Of a DNA stretch of 64,000 nucleotides, positions 62,400-64,000 are shown one piece after another. The translations under genes were made by a program, and so were the position numbers. Within the stretch, counting starts at the first letter, position 1; each line of letters opens with the position of its first letter. The DNA is from Squalus acanthias (taxonomy: Eukaryota). Where the stretch lies: the NCBI GenBank assembly GCA_030390025.1, contig CM059432.1, positions 2,852,001 through 2,916,000 on the forward strand. Direction: 5' to 3'. The notes below the pieces were generated by a model. It did no database searches, was not told where the DNA came from, and saw nothing but the letters and a program-made list of their open reading frames with translations.

Positions 62400-64000
62400 A
62401 GAGGAGGAAGGGCAGAGGTGGGGAGAGAGAGGGATAAATGGGAGAGGGAGATGAGGGGGGGAGATGAGGGGAGATGAGGGGAGATGGGGGGGAGATGAGG
62501 GGAGATGGGGGGGAGAGATGAGGGGAGGAGATGGGGGGAGAGATGAGGGGAGGATGGGGGGCAGAGATGAGGGGAGGATGGGGGGGAGAGATGAGGGGAG
62601 GAGGGGGGGGAGAGATGAGGGGAGGAGGGGGGGAGAGATGAGGGGAGGAGGGGGGGGAGAGATGAGGGGAGGAGGGGGGGGAGAGAGAGGAGGGGGGGAG
62701 AGATGAGGGAGGAGGGGGGGAGAGATGAGGGGGGGAGAGATGAGGGGAGGAGGGGGGGAGAGAGAGGGAGGGGAGGGAGAGATGGGGGGAGAGATGGGGG
62801 AGAGATGAGGGGAGGAGGGGGGAGAGATGAGGGGAGGAGGGGGGGAGAGATGAGGGGAGGAGGGGGGAGAGATGAGGGAGAGGAGGGGGGGAGGGAGAGA
62901 TGAGGGGAGGAGGGGGGGGAAGATGGGGAAGATGGGGAGGAGGGGGGGAAGATGGGGAGGAGGGGGGGAGATGGGGAGGAGGGGGGAGATGGGGAGGAGG
63001 GGGGAGAGATGAGGGGAGGAGGGGGGAGATGGGGAGGAGGGGGAGATGGGGAGGAGGGGGGAGATGGGGAGGAGGTGTTTGGGGAGATGGGGAGGAGGGG
63101 GGAGAGATGAGGGGAGGAGGGGGGAGATGGGGAGGAGGGGGGAGAGATGAGGGGAGGAGGGGGGAGATGGGGAGGAGGGGGGAGAGATGAGGGGAGGAGG
63201 GGGGAGATGGGGAGGAGGGGGGAGAGATGAGGGGAGGAGGGGGGAGATGGGGAGGAGGGGGGAGAGATGAGGGGAGGAGGGGGGAGAGATGAGGGGAGGA
63301 GGGGGGAGATGGGGAGGAGGGGGGAGAGATGAGGGGAGGAGGGGGAGATGGGGAGGAGGGGGGAGAGATGAGGGGAGGAGGGGGGAGATGGGGAGGGGGG
63401 GGAGGAGGGGGGAGAGATGAGGGGGGGGAGGAGGGGGGAGAGATGAGGGGAGGAGGGGGGAGAGATGAGGGGAGCAGGGGGGAGAGATGGGGAGGGGGGG
63501 AGAGATGGGGGGTTGGAGGGGGGAGAGATGGGGGGAGGAGGGGGGAGAGATGAGGGGAGGAGGGGGGAGAGATGGGGGGAGGAGGGGGAGAGATGAGGGG
63601 AGGAGGGGGGAGAGATGAGGGGAGAGATGGGGGGAGGAGGGGGAGAGATGAGGGGAGGAGGGGGGAGAGATGGGGGGAGGAGGGGGGAGAGATGAGGGGA
63701 GGAGGGGGAGAGATGGGGAGGAGGGAGAGATGGGGAGAGGGAGGGGGGAGATGAGGGCAGGGGGAGATGAGGGGAGAACGAGGGGGAGAGAGAGGGAGGG
63801 AGATGAGAGGGGAGAGGGAGGGAGATGATAGGAGAGGGGGAGGGAAGGAGAGGAGGGAGGTGAGAAAAGGTGAGGGGAGAGAGGGAGAGGGAGGAGGAGA
63901 GAGGGAGAGGGAGGAGGAGAGGGGGAGGGGAGAGGGAGGAGGGGAGGGAGGAGGAGAGAGGGGGAGGAGGAGAGAGGGAGAGGGAGGAGGAGAGAGGGAG
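62400..64000 (+). repeat. G/A-rich minisatellite (approx. GAGATGAGGGGAGGAGGGGG units)
   Basis: Direct reading; almost no C on the plus strand. Confidence 0.9.

Noticed and set aside
60023..63754. Long low-complexity ORFs (SLSH-, GR-, GGE-rich)
   Set aside because: They arise from simple tandem repeats lacking stop codons; no domain content
62400..64000. CRISPR-like or telomeric array
   Set aside because: No unique spacers and no TTAGGG units; ordinary minisatellite

Overview
Eukaryotic, transposon-saturated DNA. The repeat repertoire (CR1-clade LINEs with esterase ORF1, L2, RTE, Deu-domain tRNA SINEs, Harbinger, Penelope-like elements) points to a cartilaginous fish/shark; this is an inference. 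No host protein-coding gene can be identified, and most ORFs in the track are LINE fragments or repeat artefacts. Main content: many nested CR1 copies, including one uninterrupted endonuclease+RT ORF2 (13261-16275); a decayed two-gene PIF/Harbinger element; an old L1-clade relic; several non-autonomous DNA transposons; a 200-N gap; and, at the right end, a unique island with splice-site-like signals between purine-rich tandem repeats. The most notable signal is a set of minimal type-I hammerhead ribozyme motifs from two Penelope-like families. One family shows a compensatory base change between copies, and one copy forms a perfect 139-bp inverted repeat with a ribozyme motif on each strand inside a 14-bp TSD. 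Repeat boundaries were read by eye and are approximate unless a TSD/TIR is given.
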